Assembly (NCBI GenBank): GCA_001784585.1 | Contig: MFRN01000041.1 | Span: 5,318-69,317 of the forward strand | Length of the DNA: 64,000 bases | DNA from: Candidatus Melainabacteria bacterium RIFCSPLOWO2_02_FULL_35_15 | Lineage (GTDB): Bacteria > Cyanobacteriota > Vampirovibrionia > 2-02-FULL-35-15 | Direction: 5' to 3' | Shown here: positions 1 through 9,613 of the stretch, one piece after another | Position numbering within the stretch: position 1 is the first letter of the stretch | Layout: each line of letters opens with the position of its first letter | Translations under genes and position numbers: made by a program | Notes under the pieces: generated by a model | What the model was told of the DNA's origin: nothing | What the model saw: only the letters and a program-made list of their open reading frames with translations | The model's database searches: none

Positions 1-555
1 TAAAATCACACCGATTGCAGTTCCTATACCACCTGTTGCAAGAGCACCAGTGTTACAAATTGTCAGTAGAGACAAATCGCGATGTGTCCCTACATTGATT
101 TGTTTGATTACTTTTGCACCATGTTTACCAATTTTCTGACAGCGTATTGAATCATCTTCATGGATCCAGATAGCACGTTTGGTAATGGCGTCAATAATTT
201 TTTTTGCGTCATTAATTTGATTTATGTCATTTAAAATTAAATCCACGGCCCATTTTAAATTCACCGCTGTGGGCCTTGATTGTTTAAATTCTTCTCCGAC
301 AGATTTTAATTCCAGAATTAATTCCTGTATATTCTGTTTTGATCTCTGAATTGCTGCTAATACCATTCCATAACTGGCAGCAATCCCGATTAATGGTGCT
401 CCGCGCAAAGCCATATCTTTGATTGCTTTTATGACTTGTTTGTAGTCTGTAAGTTTTAAATATTTTTTTTCATGCGGTAAAAGCCTTTGATCTAAAATTA
501 ATAAATAACTGCTCTTCCAGACTAAAGGTTGAACTTTTGATTGAACTGTTTTCAT
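1..555 (-). CDS. mtnA: S-methyl-5-thioribose-1-phosphate isomerase (5' part; runs off window start)
   Basis: Manual translation from ATG at 555: MKTVQSKVQPLVW..LILDQRLLP..DMALRGAPLIGIAA..SRPTAVNL..TICNTGALATGGIGTA; these are MtnA/eIF2B-family motifs. Confidence 0.9.
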   Translation of the reverse strand, partial: MKTVQSKVQPLVWKSSYLLILDQRLLPHEKKYLKLTDYKQVIKAIKDMALRGAPLIGIAASYGMVLAAIQRSKQNIQELILELKSVGEEFKQSRPTAVNLKWAVDLILNDINQINDAKKIIDAITKRAIWIHEDDSIRCQKIGKHGAKVIKQINVGTHRDLSLLTICNTGALATGGIGTAIGVIL

Positions 556-584
556 AGACTTTCAATACTAAATATATCAGATAT

Positions 585-1565
585 TTATCTTAAGTTCTCA
601 TAAACCAGTCTGCTTATTTCCCTGATAAACTTTTGTCCATTTAGACTGTTAAACGGTCTTTTAACTACTATTGAAATAGTAATTCTTTTTCCAAAAGGTA
701 AATAAATAATTCCTGCATCACCCACGCAAATTCCAATTGTTCCTGTCTTATGAGCAAATCTGGTATATTTCCCAAGCCCTTTTTTAATAAGAGATTTATT
801 TTCCACATCCATCAGTGTATTCTTTAAAATTCTTTTTGAGCTTTTACTTAAGAGATTTCCTTCAAGTGATTTTTCAAGAAGAATTGCCAGATCACCGGGA
901 GATGTTTTATTTGCACCTTTAAAGTCTCCAAGTAAAGTAACAAGTTTTGTATTTTTTAAGCCAAATACTGCAATTTGTTTATTTATAGAGCTTACGCCGC
1001 CCAAAAGATCAATAATCATATTTGCAGCAGTGTTATCACTGATTGTAAGCATTAATCTAAAAGCTTCTCTCAGTTTGATCTTCGTACCGGTTTTTTTTGT
1101 TCTAAGATATCCGGCTCCCTGAGCATAGTGATAATGCTTTAATGTAAGAATTCTATCCCAGGATATTTCTTTTTTATCAATTTTAATAAGCAAAATAACT
1201 GCAATAGGAATTTTGATTAGACTTGCAGCAGGAAAAATATAATCACTGTTTATATTTATTGGATTTTTAAACCATGATGGTTTTATACAAACTCCGCAGG
1301 TAAGACCTGGATATTGTTTTATTTTTGCATGAATTTCGGATATTAGTATATTGGTTGTATTTTTGTTTTCTGCATGAGCTGGCGCATGGTTAAATAGTAG
1401 ATATAAAAAGCAAAATGAAATTAAAATGGACTTACAATTATAGGATTTATGTGGTTTATCCACTAAATCCGATCTAACGGAATAAATCGACCAAGGAAAG
1501 CTCAAGCTTGTCTCGAGCTTTATAAAAAAAATGAACTTATGTTTTGACTTTGACGGACCAATCAT
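585..1565 (-). CDS. Class A beta-lactamase-like serine hydrolase (PBP-A type); true start probably downstream of 1565
   Basis: SxxK (ASLIK), SDN and KTG motifs; hydrophobic signal-like segment; short omega-loop region without an obvious Glu166. Confidence 0.8.
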   Translation of the reverse strand: MIGPSKSKHKFIFFIKLETSLSFPWSIYSVRSDLVDKPHKSYNCKSILISFCFLYLLFNHAPAHAENKNTTNILISEIHAKIKQYPGLTCGVCIKPSWFKNPININSDYIFPAASLIKIPIAVILLIKIDKKEISWDRILTLKHYHYAQGAGYLRTKKTGTKIKLREAFRLMLTISDNTAANMIIDLLGGVSSINKQIAVFGLKNTKLVTLLGDFKGANKTSPGDLAILLEKSLEGNLLSKSSKRILKNTLMDVENKSLIKKGLGKYTRFAHKTGTIGICVGDAGIIYLPFGKRITISIVVKRPFNSLNGQKFIREISRLVYENLR

Positions 1566-2214
1566 AGATGTATCTGACAGATATTATCGTGCATATCTGG
1601 AAAGTTTAAAAGATACTGCTATAAACAAAACTCAAATTTTAACAAAAGAAGAGTTCTGGAAGCTAAAACAAAGTAGAATTACTGATTTTGAAATAAGTCT
1701 AATGAGCGGATTAGGTGTTCACGATTCGAAAAATTCCGCCGGAGACAGAAAAGAGCTGTCATTTAAAAATGAATTTTTAGAGCAGGATAAATTATTTGAT
1801 GATGTCTGTAAAACATTTGAGTATTTAAAATCTAAAAAAATCATTTTTTTTATAGTAACTCTTAGAAGGAAAAAACAGCTTTATCATGCTATAAAACAGT
1901 TTAAGTTAGATAAATATCTTGATCGTGAATACTTTTTAGGTATAAATGATGATCATAAGATTACAAATGACATTCAGGAAAAACAGGTTTTATTAATAAG
2001 TGCTATGAATAAACTGGATTTATCTCCGGAAAATACCTGGATAATCGGAGATACTGAGACAGATATTCATGCAGGGCGATTGGCAAAGTATGGAAAAGTA
2101 ATTGCTATTTCACGGGGAATCAGATCGAAAGAGCAACTAGAAATGATAAAACCAGATTATTTGGTTAGCAACCTGTCAGAAGTAATTTCAATTTCTCATA
2201 GAGTATCTGTCTGA
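1531..2214 (+). CDS. HAD-family hydrolase (phosphoglycolate phosphatase-like)
   Basis: N-terminal FDFDGP motif I and IGDTETD motif IV. Confidence 0.85.
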   Translation: MNLCFDFDGPIIDVSDRYYRAYLESLKDTAINKTQILTKEEFWKLKQSRITDFEISLMSGLGVHDSKNSAGDRKELSFKNEFLEQDKLFDDVCKTFEYLKSKKIIFFIVTLRRKKQLYHAIKQFKLDKYLDREYFLGINDDHKITNDIQEKQVLLISAMNKLDLSPENTWIIGDTETDIHAGRLAKYGKVIAISRGIRSKEQLEMIKPDYLVSNLSEVISISHRVSV

Positions 2215-2215
2215 C

Positions 2216-2749
2216 CTAAAACATTACAAGACTAACGCCACTAATAGTTTTGGCATCTCTAATCTCGCCATCTTTAATCATTTGCCAGGCTTGTTTTAAA
2301 TCAAAAATTTTTATTTCAATGTTCTCGTCAGGATCAGGTTCCGGTTCATCATCTATTAAATCAACTGCACGAAAGAAATATAAAACCTCTGAACTATACC
2401 CGGGCAAAGGATAGACAATTCCCATTGGTTCAAGGCTTTTTGCTATGTAACCGGTTTCTTCTTTTAATTCCCTTTTTGCAGCAAGGATGGGATTTTCATT
2501 TTTGCGCAGTGTGCCTGCAGGAAGCTCCCAGAACACTTTTCCAATTGCGTATCTGAACTGTTTTACTAAAATTATTTTTGATAGTTCCGGCTGAGCTACA
2601 ATTGTTACTCCGCCATTATGAAGCACTACTTCACGAATGGATTCTCTGCCACTGGGCAAACGAATTTTATCTATTGTATAAGTTAAAACTTTTCCTTCAT
2701 GGATTTTTTGTGAACTTATTTTTTCTTCTTTAAATTCTCTTATTGTCAT
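2216..2749 (-). CDS. NUDIX hydrolase, ADP-ribose pyrophosphatase-like
   Basis: ELPAG..AAKRELKEETG Nudix box, QFRY and IRDAKT motifs; start placed at ATG 2749. Confidence 0.85.
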   Translation of the reverse strand: MTIREFKEEKISSQKIHEGKVLTYTIDKIRLPSGRESIREVVLHNGGVTIVAQPELSKIILVKQFRYAIGKVFWELPAGTLRKNENPILAAKRELKEETGYIAKSLEPMGIVYPLPGYSSEVLYFFRAVDLIDDEPEPDPDENIEIKIFDLKQAWQMIKDGEIRDAKTISGVSLVMF

Positions 2750-2759
2750 CAGGTTTATT

Positions 2760-4247
2760 TTAGCAAACAAATGTCTTAATTGCTTGTGGCAAATAGCTGA
2801 CCAAATCCTGAGGTAATAAAGAAAATACTGTTTTATCTTTTGTAATTAATTCTGCTGTTTTGCCATGAATGTAAACACCTGCACATGCAGCTAAATTGGG
2901 TTTTAATCCCTGAGAAATTAGTCCACCAATAAAGCCAGCCAGCACATCACCGGTTCCGCCTTTTGCTAATGCAGAATTACTAAAAGGCGACACATAAATA
3001 TTTCCATCCTTTGTACCGATAATTGTAGCCGGACCTTTTAAAACAATTGTACAGTTTAACTCTTTTGCATTTGATCTTACAAGTTCAATTTTATTACTTA
3101 AAACTTCATCCAGACTAATTCCTAAGAGTCTGGAAAATTCTTTCGGGTGCGGAGTTAAAATAATTTCTTTTTTTACTTTTTTTATCAGTTCTTTATGTCC
3201 TGCTAAAACATTAATGCCATCTGCATCCAGTACAATTGGAACTGATACCTGTAAAATTAAAGCCTCTACAGTTTCCTTAATATCATTTTCAGTGGTCAGC
3301 CCCGGCCCAATAACGATTACACTTGATTGTAAACTTTCTTCTAAAATTGTTTTCAAATTAAACTCTACATTAATTATCTCAGGTGTTACTGCTGCAATTT
3401 TGTTAAACACTTCCGGCTTACTGGCAAGCACAGTCAGACCAGAGCCTATGGAAGAAGCAGCCCTGCTGGCTAAAAGTGCAGCGCCGGGATATTTTTTACT
3501 GCCGCAGACTAATAATGTTCTGCCAAAAGTTCCTTTGTTACTCGCATTATCCCTGAGCGGAAAATTTCTCACCAGAAAATCATCATCCAGCAAAAATAAA
3601 TTTGTTTCAATATCAGGAAGTCCTATATCAACTGTGATTATTTTCCCGCTGTATTTCCTGCCAGGATAAATTAATAAGCCGATTTTCTGATACCCGAATG
3701 TTACAGTCGTTTCTGCTCTTAATACAACATCACAGACATTTCCATTGTCCGGGTTTACACCTGTAGGAATATCACATGCTATAACTGGTTTATGTGAAGC
3801 ATTTACAGCCTTAATTAACCACTCAAATAATAAAGAAAGTTTCCCTGTTATTCCTGTTCCTAAAATACAGTCAACAACTGTATTTGACTCAGACAGCATT
3901 TTTACGAAATTATTATCTTTTTCGTTTTCAATTTTAAAATATTGAACTTTGCTTTTTATAAGTTCCAGATTTATTTTTGCATCATGAGAGAGAAGAGTTT
4001 CATCTGAAGTTAAAGCTAAAAAAACTTTTTTTCCGCTGGCATGCAAATATCTTGCTGCGACAATTCCATCTCCGCCATTATTTCCTTTTCCACAAATAAT
4101 TAAATATGGTTCCTTGTATTCTTTTGCTATTTCTGAGAGTGAAGAACCTGCTTTTTCCATAAGCGTCAGAGACCCTTGCGGGCTTATCTGCTTTATCCAC
4201 CAGGATTCAAGTTTACGTATTTGTTCAGAAGTTACTAACTTTTGCAT
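2760..4247 (-). CDS. nnr: Bifunctional NAD(P)H-hydrate epimerase/dehydratase
   Basis: GKGNNGGDG and DIPTG (YjeF_N) followed by LDADG, TPHPKEF and AKGGTGDVLAG (carbohydrate kinase-like domain). Confidence 0.92.
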   Translation of the reverse strand: MQKLVTSEQIRKLESWWIKQISPQGSLTLMEKAGSSLSEIAKEYKEPYLIICGKGNNGGDGIVAARYLHASGKKVFLALTSDETLLSHDAKINLELIKSKVQYFKIENEKDNNFVKMLSESNTVVDCILGTGITGKLSLLFEWLIKAVNASHKPVIACDIPTGVNPDNGNVCDVVLRAETTVTFGYQKIGLLIYPGRKYSGKIITVDIGLPDIETNLFLLDDDFLVRNFPLRDNASNKGTFGRTLLVCGSKKYPGAALLASRAASSIGSGLTVLASKPEVFNKIAAVTPEIINVEFNLKTILEESLQSSVIVIGPGLTTENDIKETVEALILQVSVPIVLDADGINVLAGHKELIKKVKKEIILTPHPKEFSRLLGISLDEVLSNKIELVRSNAKELNCTIVLKGPATIIGTKDGNIYVSPFSNSALAKGGTGDVLAGFIGGLISQGLKPNLAACAGVYIHGKTAELITKDKTVFSLLPQDLVSYLPQAIKTFVC

Positions 4248-4256
4248 TTGTAATAG

Positions 4257-4730
4257 TTATTTCGCATTGTGTACAGAATAATCAATCTGAGGAATATTTT
4301 TGAAAATTACTCTGCCACCAGCTTTAATCAGGTGTTTATCAGCAAATCCGCCATTTACTTCAATTACTTCAGTTACCGAAGAGTCGGAAGAATAAAGAAT
4401 ATTAGTCTGGTTAGGCATAGCATTTTTTATAATTTTTACAATTTTTCCCTTATTAATAAAAATCATATCCAGAGGAATTAAAGTATCTTTCATCCAGAAA
4501 GTTGTCTGTTTTCTTGGCCTGAAAACAAAAACCATTCCGCGGTTTTCAGCAAGGCCTGGTCTGTTCATTAAGCCTTTTTCTTTTTCTGCATCAGTCAGGG
4601 CAACTTCCAGAAAAACTTTTAAGTTTAGTTTTCCGACAAACTTTACAAAGCCTTCCTGAGCATTTGCAGAAATTATCGACGATAAAAGTAAAACACAAAT
4701 TAAAGCTGGAATTATTAATCGTTTAATCAT
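4257..4730 (-). CDS. DUF192 family exported protein
   Basis: Signal peptide; EVA..GLMNR..GMVF..FWMKDTLIPLDMIF..VIEVNGG. Confidence 0.85.
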   Translation of the reverse strand: MIKRLIIPALICVLLLSSIISANAQEGFVKFVGKLNLKVFLEVALTDAEKEKGLMNRPGLAENRGMVFVFRPRKQTTFWMKDTLIPLDMIFINKGKIVKIIKNAMPNQTNILYSSDSSVTEVIEVNGGFADKHLIKAGGRVIFKNIPQIDYSVHNAK

Positions 4731-4771
4731 ATATTGTATTTTATACCCAGCTCTTCGTCAGTTCTGTTCTC

Positions 4772-6307
4772 CTACCATCCATACTTACTATAAAAAGTTA
4801 TCTTATTATTTGGATTTACCCAGTCAATTAACGTCCCCCGGGTATTAGGAATGGACTGATTTTTTATTTTACCGCTTTGATCAATAAAAACAGAAGTTCC
4901 ATTATTTGAAGATATAATGACAGGCCTTCTGTTTTCAACTGCTCTGAATACTGCAAATCCAAGAAAGTGTTGCTGTATACGATAATTAGAAAACCAGCTT
5001 AAATCAGAGAGATTAATTAATAATTCTGCTCCCTGTAGCACCTGCTTTCTAATAATCGAAGGAAAAATTAACTCAAAACAAATTGTTATTCCAACCTTGC
5101 CCAATGAAGTGTTAAATGGAATATTCTGCTTCCCTTCATAAAAACCTTCACCGATAGAAAATGATGCTAATTTTTTTAAAAATTCAGGCAAAACAGATGA
5201 CAGCGGTACAAATTCACCAAATGGCACCAGTCTTTCCTTTTCATAGTATGAAAAATCATTTCTGGCACCATTGAAATGAACTGCACAATTCGAGTATTTT
5301 TCATGATTTTTACAGTAGCTGCCAAAAATTAAATCTGACTGTTTTTTAAATGTTAAATCTTTAAACCATTTTCTGATAATTTGATCATGAGTGAAATTAG
5401 TTGGCAGGGCACCCTCAGGTGCGACAAACAAAATCTCATCATTATTATTAATTAACTTTTCATAAGTTTTCCTTGCCAGATTTATATCCAGTTTTATTCC
5501 ACGTGTAGCTTTAATAGGAAGATTTCCCTGTAAGACACAGATTGTTTGAGATTTTCCAGAGAAAAGCTGCTGGTTTTTCCAGAACAGATACAAACCTGAA
5601 GCGGTGCTTAAAAATATTAATGTTACTATAAAGGAAAAACTAATAAGGATAGAACTGAATTCTCCCGGATTCCTTGATATATAGCGATTGCTGATTTTTT
5701 CAATATTAAACAACCAGATCAGAAAATCTGTCAGAACCAAGTTAAAAAAAACAATTAAAAAGCTTATTAAAGCACTGCCAAAATATTCTACAATCTGAAT
5801 TAGATATAAATTTTTGTACTGGCTATATTCTATGAGTGTCCAGGGAAATCCATATAAAAACCTACACGCAGAAAATTTATTGAATATAATAAGCCATAAG
5901 AAAGTTACTATCAGAATAAAAGGTATTCTGCCTTTATAAGGTATGAGAGAAAATTTTTTTACGACAAATACGCAAATGGCAAACAAAATATAAAACAATG
6001 AATTAAAAATACTGACTAAAACAACTGCAAGAAATGAAATAAGATAACTTTGAAGAGTATTAAAACCCATCCAATTTAAAGGGTGAACTGAAAATAACCA
6101 GTGTAAATATGAAGCATTATAAGCAAAGCCAAACAAAAAAGGATATACAACTACATCTTTGATTTTCTTTGAAGTGTTTATAATTATAAAAAGCGGCACT
6201 AGTCCTACCCATGCTATAAACCACAGATCATAACCAGGTGCACTAAAAGATAAAATAAATCCACTGAAAAAAATTAACAGTGCTTTTATAAAAGGATGAT
6301 TAGACAT
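4772..6307 (-). CDS. lnt: Apolipoprotein N-acyltransferase
   Basis: Multi-TM N-terminus, GFPW, QGN, PEG, K..LVPFGE and ICFE nitrilase-fold catalytic motifs, RAVEN. Confidence 0.92.
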   Translation of the reverse strand: MSNHPFIKALLIFFSGFILSFSAPGYDLWFIAWVGLVPLFIIINTSKKIKDVVVYPFLFGFAYNASYLHWLFSVHPLNWMGFNTLQSYLISFLAVVLVSIFNSLFYILFAICVFVVKKFSLIPYKGRIPFILIVTFLWLIIFNKFSACRFLYGFPWTLIEYSQYKNLYLIQIVEYFGSALISFLIVFFNLVLTDFLIWLFNIEKISNRYISRNPGEFSSILISFSFIVTLIFLSTASGLYLFWKNQQLFSGKSQTICVLQGNLPIKATRGIKLDINLARKTYEKLINNNDEILFVAPEGALPTNFTHDQIIRKWFKDLTFKKQSDLIFGSYCKNHEKYSNCAVHFNGARNDFSYYEKERLVPFGEFVPLSSVLPEFLKKLASFSIGEGFYEGKQNIPFNTSLGKVGITICFELIFPSIIRKQVLQGAELLINLSDLSWFSNYRIQQHFLGFAVFRAVENRRPVIISSNNGTSVFIDQSGKIKNQSIPNTRGTLIDWVNPNNKITFYSKYGW

Positions 6308-6321
6308 AATAATAACGTAAC

Positions 6322-6837
6322 ATGCATAATAACAAATCAGATAAAAAACAAAATAATATTATAGTAGGCATTGACCCGGGCAGTACAGTTATTGGCTATG
6401 GAGTGGTTACTTATCAAAGTAAAGGCCTTAAACCAAAAGCACTTGATTATGGATATATAGATCTAAAAAGTTATAAAAAGCAGGAAGAAAAACTTTTACA
6501 CTTAAATCAGGATTTAAAACAAATATTTAAAAAATATAAGCCTAAGTATGTCGCAATCGAAAATATTTACTTTTTTAAAAATGCTAAAACTTTTATAGCA
6601 GTTTCAGAAGCAAAAGGTGTCATTCTCCTGACTGCTGCAGAAGCAGGAATTGATATTCAGGAATATACTCCACTGCAGATAAAACAAACTATCTCAGGCT
6701 ATGGTAAAGCAGACAAAAAATTTATAGGAAAGTTAATACAAAGTTCACTGGACATATGTTCCAGTATTAAACCAGATGATTCTTCTGATGCCCTGGCCAT
6801 AGCGCTTTGCCATTATCATCACCTGGTAAATGTCTGA
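6322..6837 (+). CDS. ruvC: Holliday junction resolvase
   Basis: GIDPG, AIE, EYTPLQIK..GYGKADK and DDSSDALAIA motifs. Confidence 0.93.
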   Translation: MHNNKSDKKQNNIIVGIDPGSTVIGYGVVTYQSKGLKPKALDYGYIDLKSYKKQEEKLLHLNQDLKQIFKKYKPKYVAIENIYFFKNAKTFIAVSEAKGVILLTAAEAGIDIQEYTPLQIKQTISGYGKADKKFIGKLIQSSLDICSSIKPDDSSDALAIALCHYHHLVNV

Positions 6838-7154
6838 GATTTCTTACAAGAGAGAAATAAAAATTAACATAAAATATTTTTGCAGATAAAACTGTCTAAT
6901 CATTTAATTTAGGGGCAACCAGAATTTGGTTCTACAGCATATAGATGATAAATCTATATCAAACCTTAACCTAACTATGATTCTTTTAATATAGAGGCAG
7001 GGTAAGTCTGACAACCTGGACAGAAAAGGGGTATAAAGGATTTTAATCCGAATGCATGAGGCATTAAGTGATAAAAATCACTGTCTAAACGGGTTTAATA
7101 ATATAGAGTACTTACTTACATAATCTTGTATCAAAAATACGGAGGACTTTTTTC

Positions 7155-8072
7155 TTGAAAGAAGAAATTAAAAAGCACCATTCAAAGAAAAGTTATGAAT
7201 CAGATCCTGCCTTAAAGGATTTAGCTTTTACTTTGCAGGACAAATCATATAAACTCCGGAAAGAAGGAATTATAGATTCTGACAGTAGCTTAACTTTTGA
7301 GAAATCATATTTAACAAATGATGAAATCTCCCGGTTTGCCAAAGCAGCTGGTAATTTACCAAAATTAAAACTGGATCACAGGAATTCTCTAAAAAAAATT
7401 GCACAAACTTTTTCTAAAGCGTTTTCAAGTCAGGCATGTTACGAAGAAGCTAATGGACAAGTACAGGAAATACTTATAGAATCATTTTTTCAGACAGCAA
7501 AAGCACTGGCAGTAGCTGTAGAAACAAGAGATCCATATACCGGCGGTCACTCAGACAGGGTTTTTCAGATCGCAACAATTCTTGGTAAAAGATGTAACAT
7601 AAGCACGACTGAGCAACTTTATCTGGAGGCAGGAGCTCTATTACATGATGTTGGAAAGATTGGGATTAGGGACGGTGTGCTATTGAAACCAGGTCCACTG
7701 ACAGATTCTGAATATCAGGAAATGCAGCTTCACTCGATAATCGGCGCACATATGGTAGAGAAATTAAATTGTTTGCATGGCTGCATTGATGTTGTACTTT
7801 TTCATCATGAAAGGATTGACGGTTATGGCTATCCTTACGGAATTAAAGGTAATGAAATCCCGATTATTGCAAGGATTACATCAATAGCAGATGCTTATGA
7901 TGCCATGACTACAAACAGAGTTTACAGAAAAGCACTAAGCCACGAACATGCTATAGAAGAAATTATACGTAACAGCGGTACACAGTTTGATCCTGAAATA
8001 GTCAGAATTTTCATTCAGTGGTGGGAAGAAACTTTTCAAAAAGATACAGATAAAAAACAAAAAATAGCATAA
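7155..8072 (+). CDS. HD-GYP domain cyclic dinucleotide phosphodiesterase
   Basis: RDPYTGGHS, LLHDVGK, HHER.DG.GYP, ADAYDAM and GTQFDP motifs; GGAGG RBS before a TTG start. Confidence 0.9.
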   Translation: MKEEIKKHHSKKSYESDPALKDLAFTLQDKSYKLRKEGIIDSDSSLTFEKSYLTNDEISRFAKAAGNLPKLKLDHRNSLKKIAQTFSKAFSSQACYEEANGQVQEILIESFFQTAKALAVAVETRDPYTGGHSDRVFQIATILGKRCNISTTEQLYLEAGALLHDVGKIGIRDGVLLKPGPLTDSEYQEMQLHSIIGAHMVEKLNCLHGCIDVVLFHHERIDGYGYPYGIKGNEIPIIARITSIADAYDAMTTNRVYRKALSHEHAIEEIIRNSGTQFDPEIVRIFIQWWEETFQKDTDKKQKIA

Positions 8073-8076
8073 TGTT

Positions 8077-8421
8077 TTAATATTCATCGAGTTCAAGTTG
8101 TTGAGCAATAACCACGAGATAAAACCTGTCCACGTTTTCTTCTAACACCTCTTCTAAATATTTCATAAGCCTGTAAATTAATAATTTAACTGAATCTTCC
8201 CTGACAGCCATGCACCGGGCTATTTTCATATTAGAATATCCCTTTGCTACGAGCTTTAACACATTAATTTGTTTTTGTGTAAGCCCGATTTTAATGCCAC
8301 CATAGTAAAACAAGATCTTTTGACCTACAGCCAGTTTTCTTTCATTCAAATAATTATCATAGTCAAGCCTTAACTCTAATGGTGCAACTATCTGTAAATC
8401 TTCCAGTGATGAATCTTTCAT
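8077..8421 (-). CDS. Small LuxR-type HTH protein
   Basis: LTQKQINVLKLVAKGYSNMKIA..EDSVK pattern; GGAGG RBS. Confidence 0.7.
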   Translation of the reverse strand: MKDSSLEDLQIVAPLELRLDYDNYLNERKLAVGQKILFYYGGIKIGLTQKQINVLKLVAKGYSNMKIARCMAVREDSVKLLIYRLMKYLEEVLEENVDRFYLVVIAQQLELDEY

Positions 8422-8634
8422 ATGCCCTCCATAAAAAACAGATTCTATTATCTTTGATACTTAAAGAAAAAATAAGCAGATAAAGTATGGGCCGTGTTTT
8501 TATCAGATTCAAAAGAAAAGATTAAAATAGGATAAATTTGTACTGTAAAAAAGAAATTATTTTGTAAATCACAATTTTTGAGCTTAAATTAAATACAGAA
8601 GAAGTATTACCTCTTGACAATTTTTTAGAAAGAT

Positions 8635-9363
8635 TTAAGAATTCCCAAACCCTAATTTAGAAGCTAATAACAATAAGATTCTTGGCCGGATCGGATGTAT
8701 ATTAAAAGCTTCAGCAAACTTTGATTTAATTTCATTTACATATGACTGAACTGTCTTAAGCTCAATCTTTACCAGTGATGCAATCTCGTCATTTTCTTTT
8801 CCATCAGCTATGTAATGTAAAATCTCTCTTTGTCTTGGAGAAAACTGGATTTCCGGAAGTCTTTCAGCAGTAAAAATCAATAATTCCTGATCTTCAAAAA
8901 CTCTTCGTATAAATTCAGGTAACCTGCCAATTGAAATTGCTTTTTCAATATAAGCCTGTGCACCCATATCCAGACATCTGTGTATCCTTGCCCAACCAGT
9001 TTCATTTGAAAATATTATTACTTTGGAGTTTCCTGTTTTTTTCAGTTTGTTTATGTAATGCTTTAATTCATACTTCTCATAACCAGGCATTCTAAGATCC
9101 ATTAGAATTACATTTGGCTGTAGCAGTGCTGCTTTTTCAAGTAATTCATCATATGATCCTGCAGTGCCAACAATTTTTATCTTTGGATCCTTGTTTAAAT
9201 CTGATTCTACGCCACAAATTAAGTAAGGATGATCATCAGCAACTAACGTAAGGATAATTCCTTTCTTAGAGTTATTTGGAAGTAGAGCAATTTCTCCCTG
9301 TCCAAAACTACTACTTTTAGAAAAGGTATATAAATAACCCTGACTTTGTGTAATAGAATCCAT
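8635..9363 (-). CDS. NarL/LuxR-family response regulator
   Basis: Receiver domain (ADDHP, LMDLRMPG, YIEK) plus C-terminal LuxR HTH (FSPRQREIL..GKENDEIA..KTVQSY). Confidence 0.88.
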   Translation of the reverse strand: MDSITQSQGYLYTFSKSSSFGQGEIALLPNNSKKGIILTLVADDHPYLICGVESDLNKDPKIKIVGTAGSYDELLEKAALLQPNVILMDLRMPGYEKYELKHYINKLKKTGNSKVIIFSNETGWARIHRCLDMGAQAYIEKAISIGRLPEFIRRVFEDQELLIFTAERLPEIQFSPRQREILHYIADGKENDEIASLVKIELKTVQSYVNEIKSKFAEAFNIHPIRPRILLLLASKLGFGNS

Positions 9364-9613
9364 AGTTTATTTTTTTAGTATTCTATAACAATTTAAGAAA
9401 AACAATTATTAAGTTTTGAAAGTGGTAATACTTTTCCTTATCTTTAGTTAAGAGTCTTTAATTTAAATATAGTTCAAAATAGAGCTCCAGGTTCTTTAAT
9501 GCCAAAAACACCTAATAGCTGTAAAACAGGCTAGGGTAAAAGCCTTACTACCTCAAAATCTTAAACTTAAGAAGTATGGTTTTGTATTAAAATGGCCATC
9601 AAGATTTTTTAAA

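Noticed and set aside
585-1565. Class A beta-lactamase (antibiotic resistance gene)
   Set aside because: SxxK, SDN and KTG are present, but the omega loop is short with no evident Glu166, matching cyanobacterial PBP-A-like proteins rather than true beta-lactamases
6838-7154. c-di-GMP riboswitch upstream of the HD-GYP gene
   Set aside because: No GEMM-I (GGCAAAC..GAAA..GACGCAAAGC) or c-di-GMP-II consensus found; only short AT-rich palindromes
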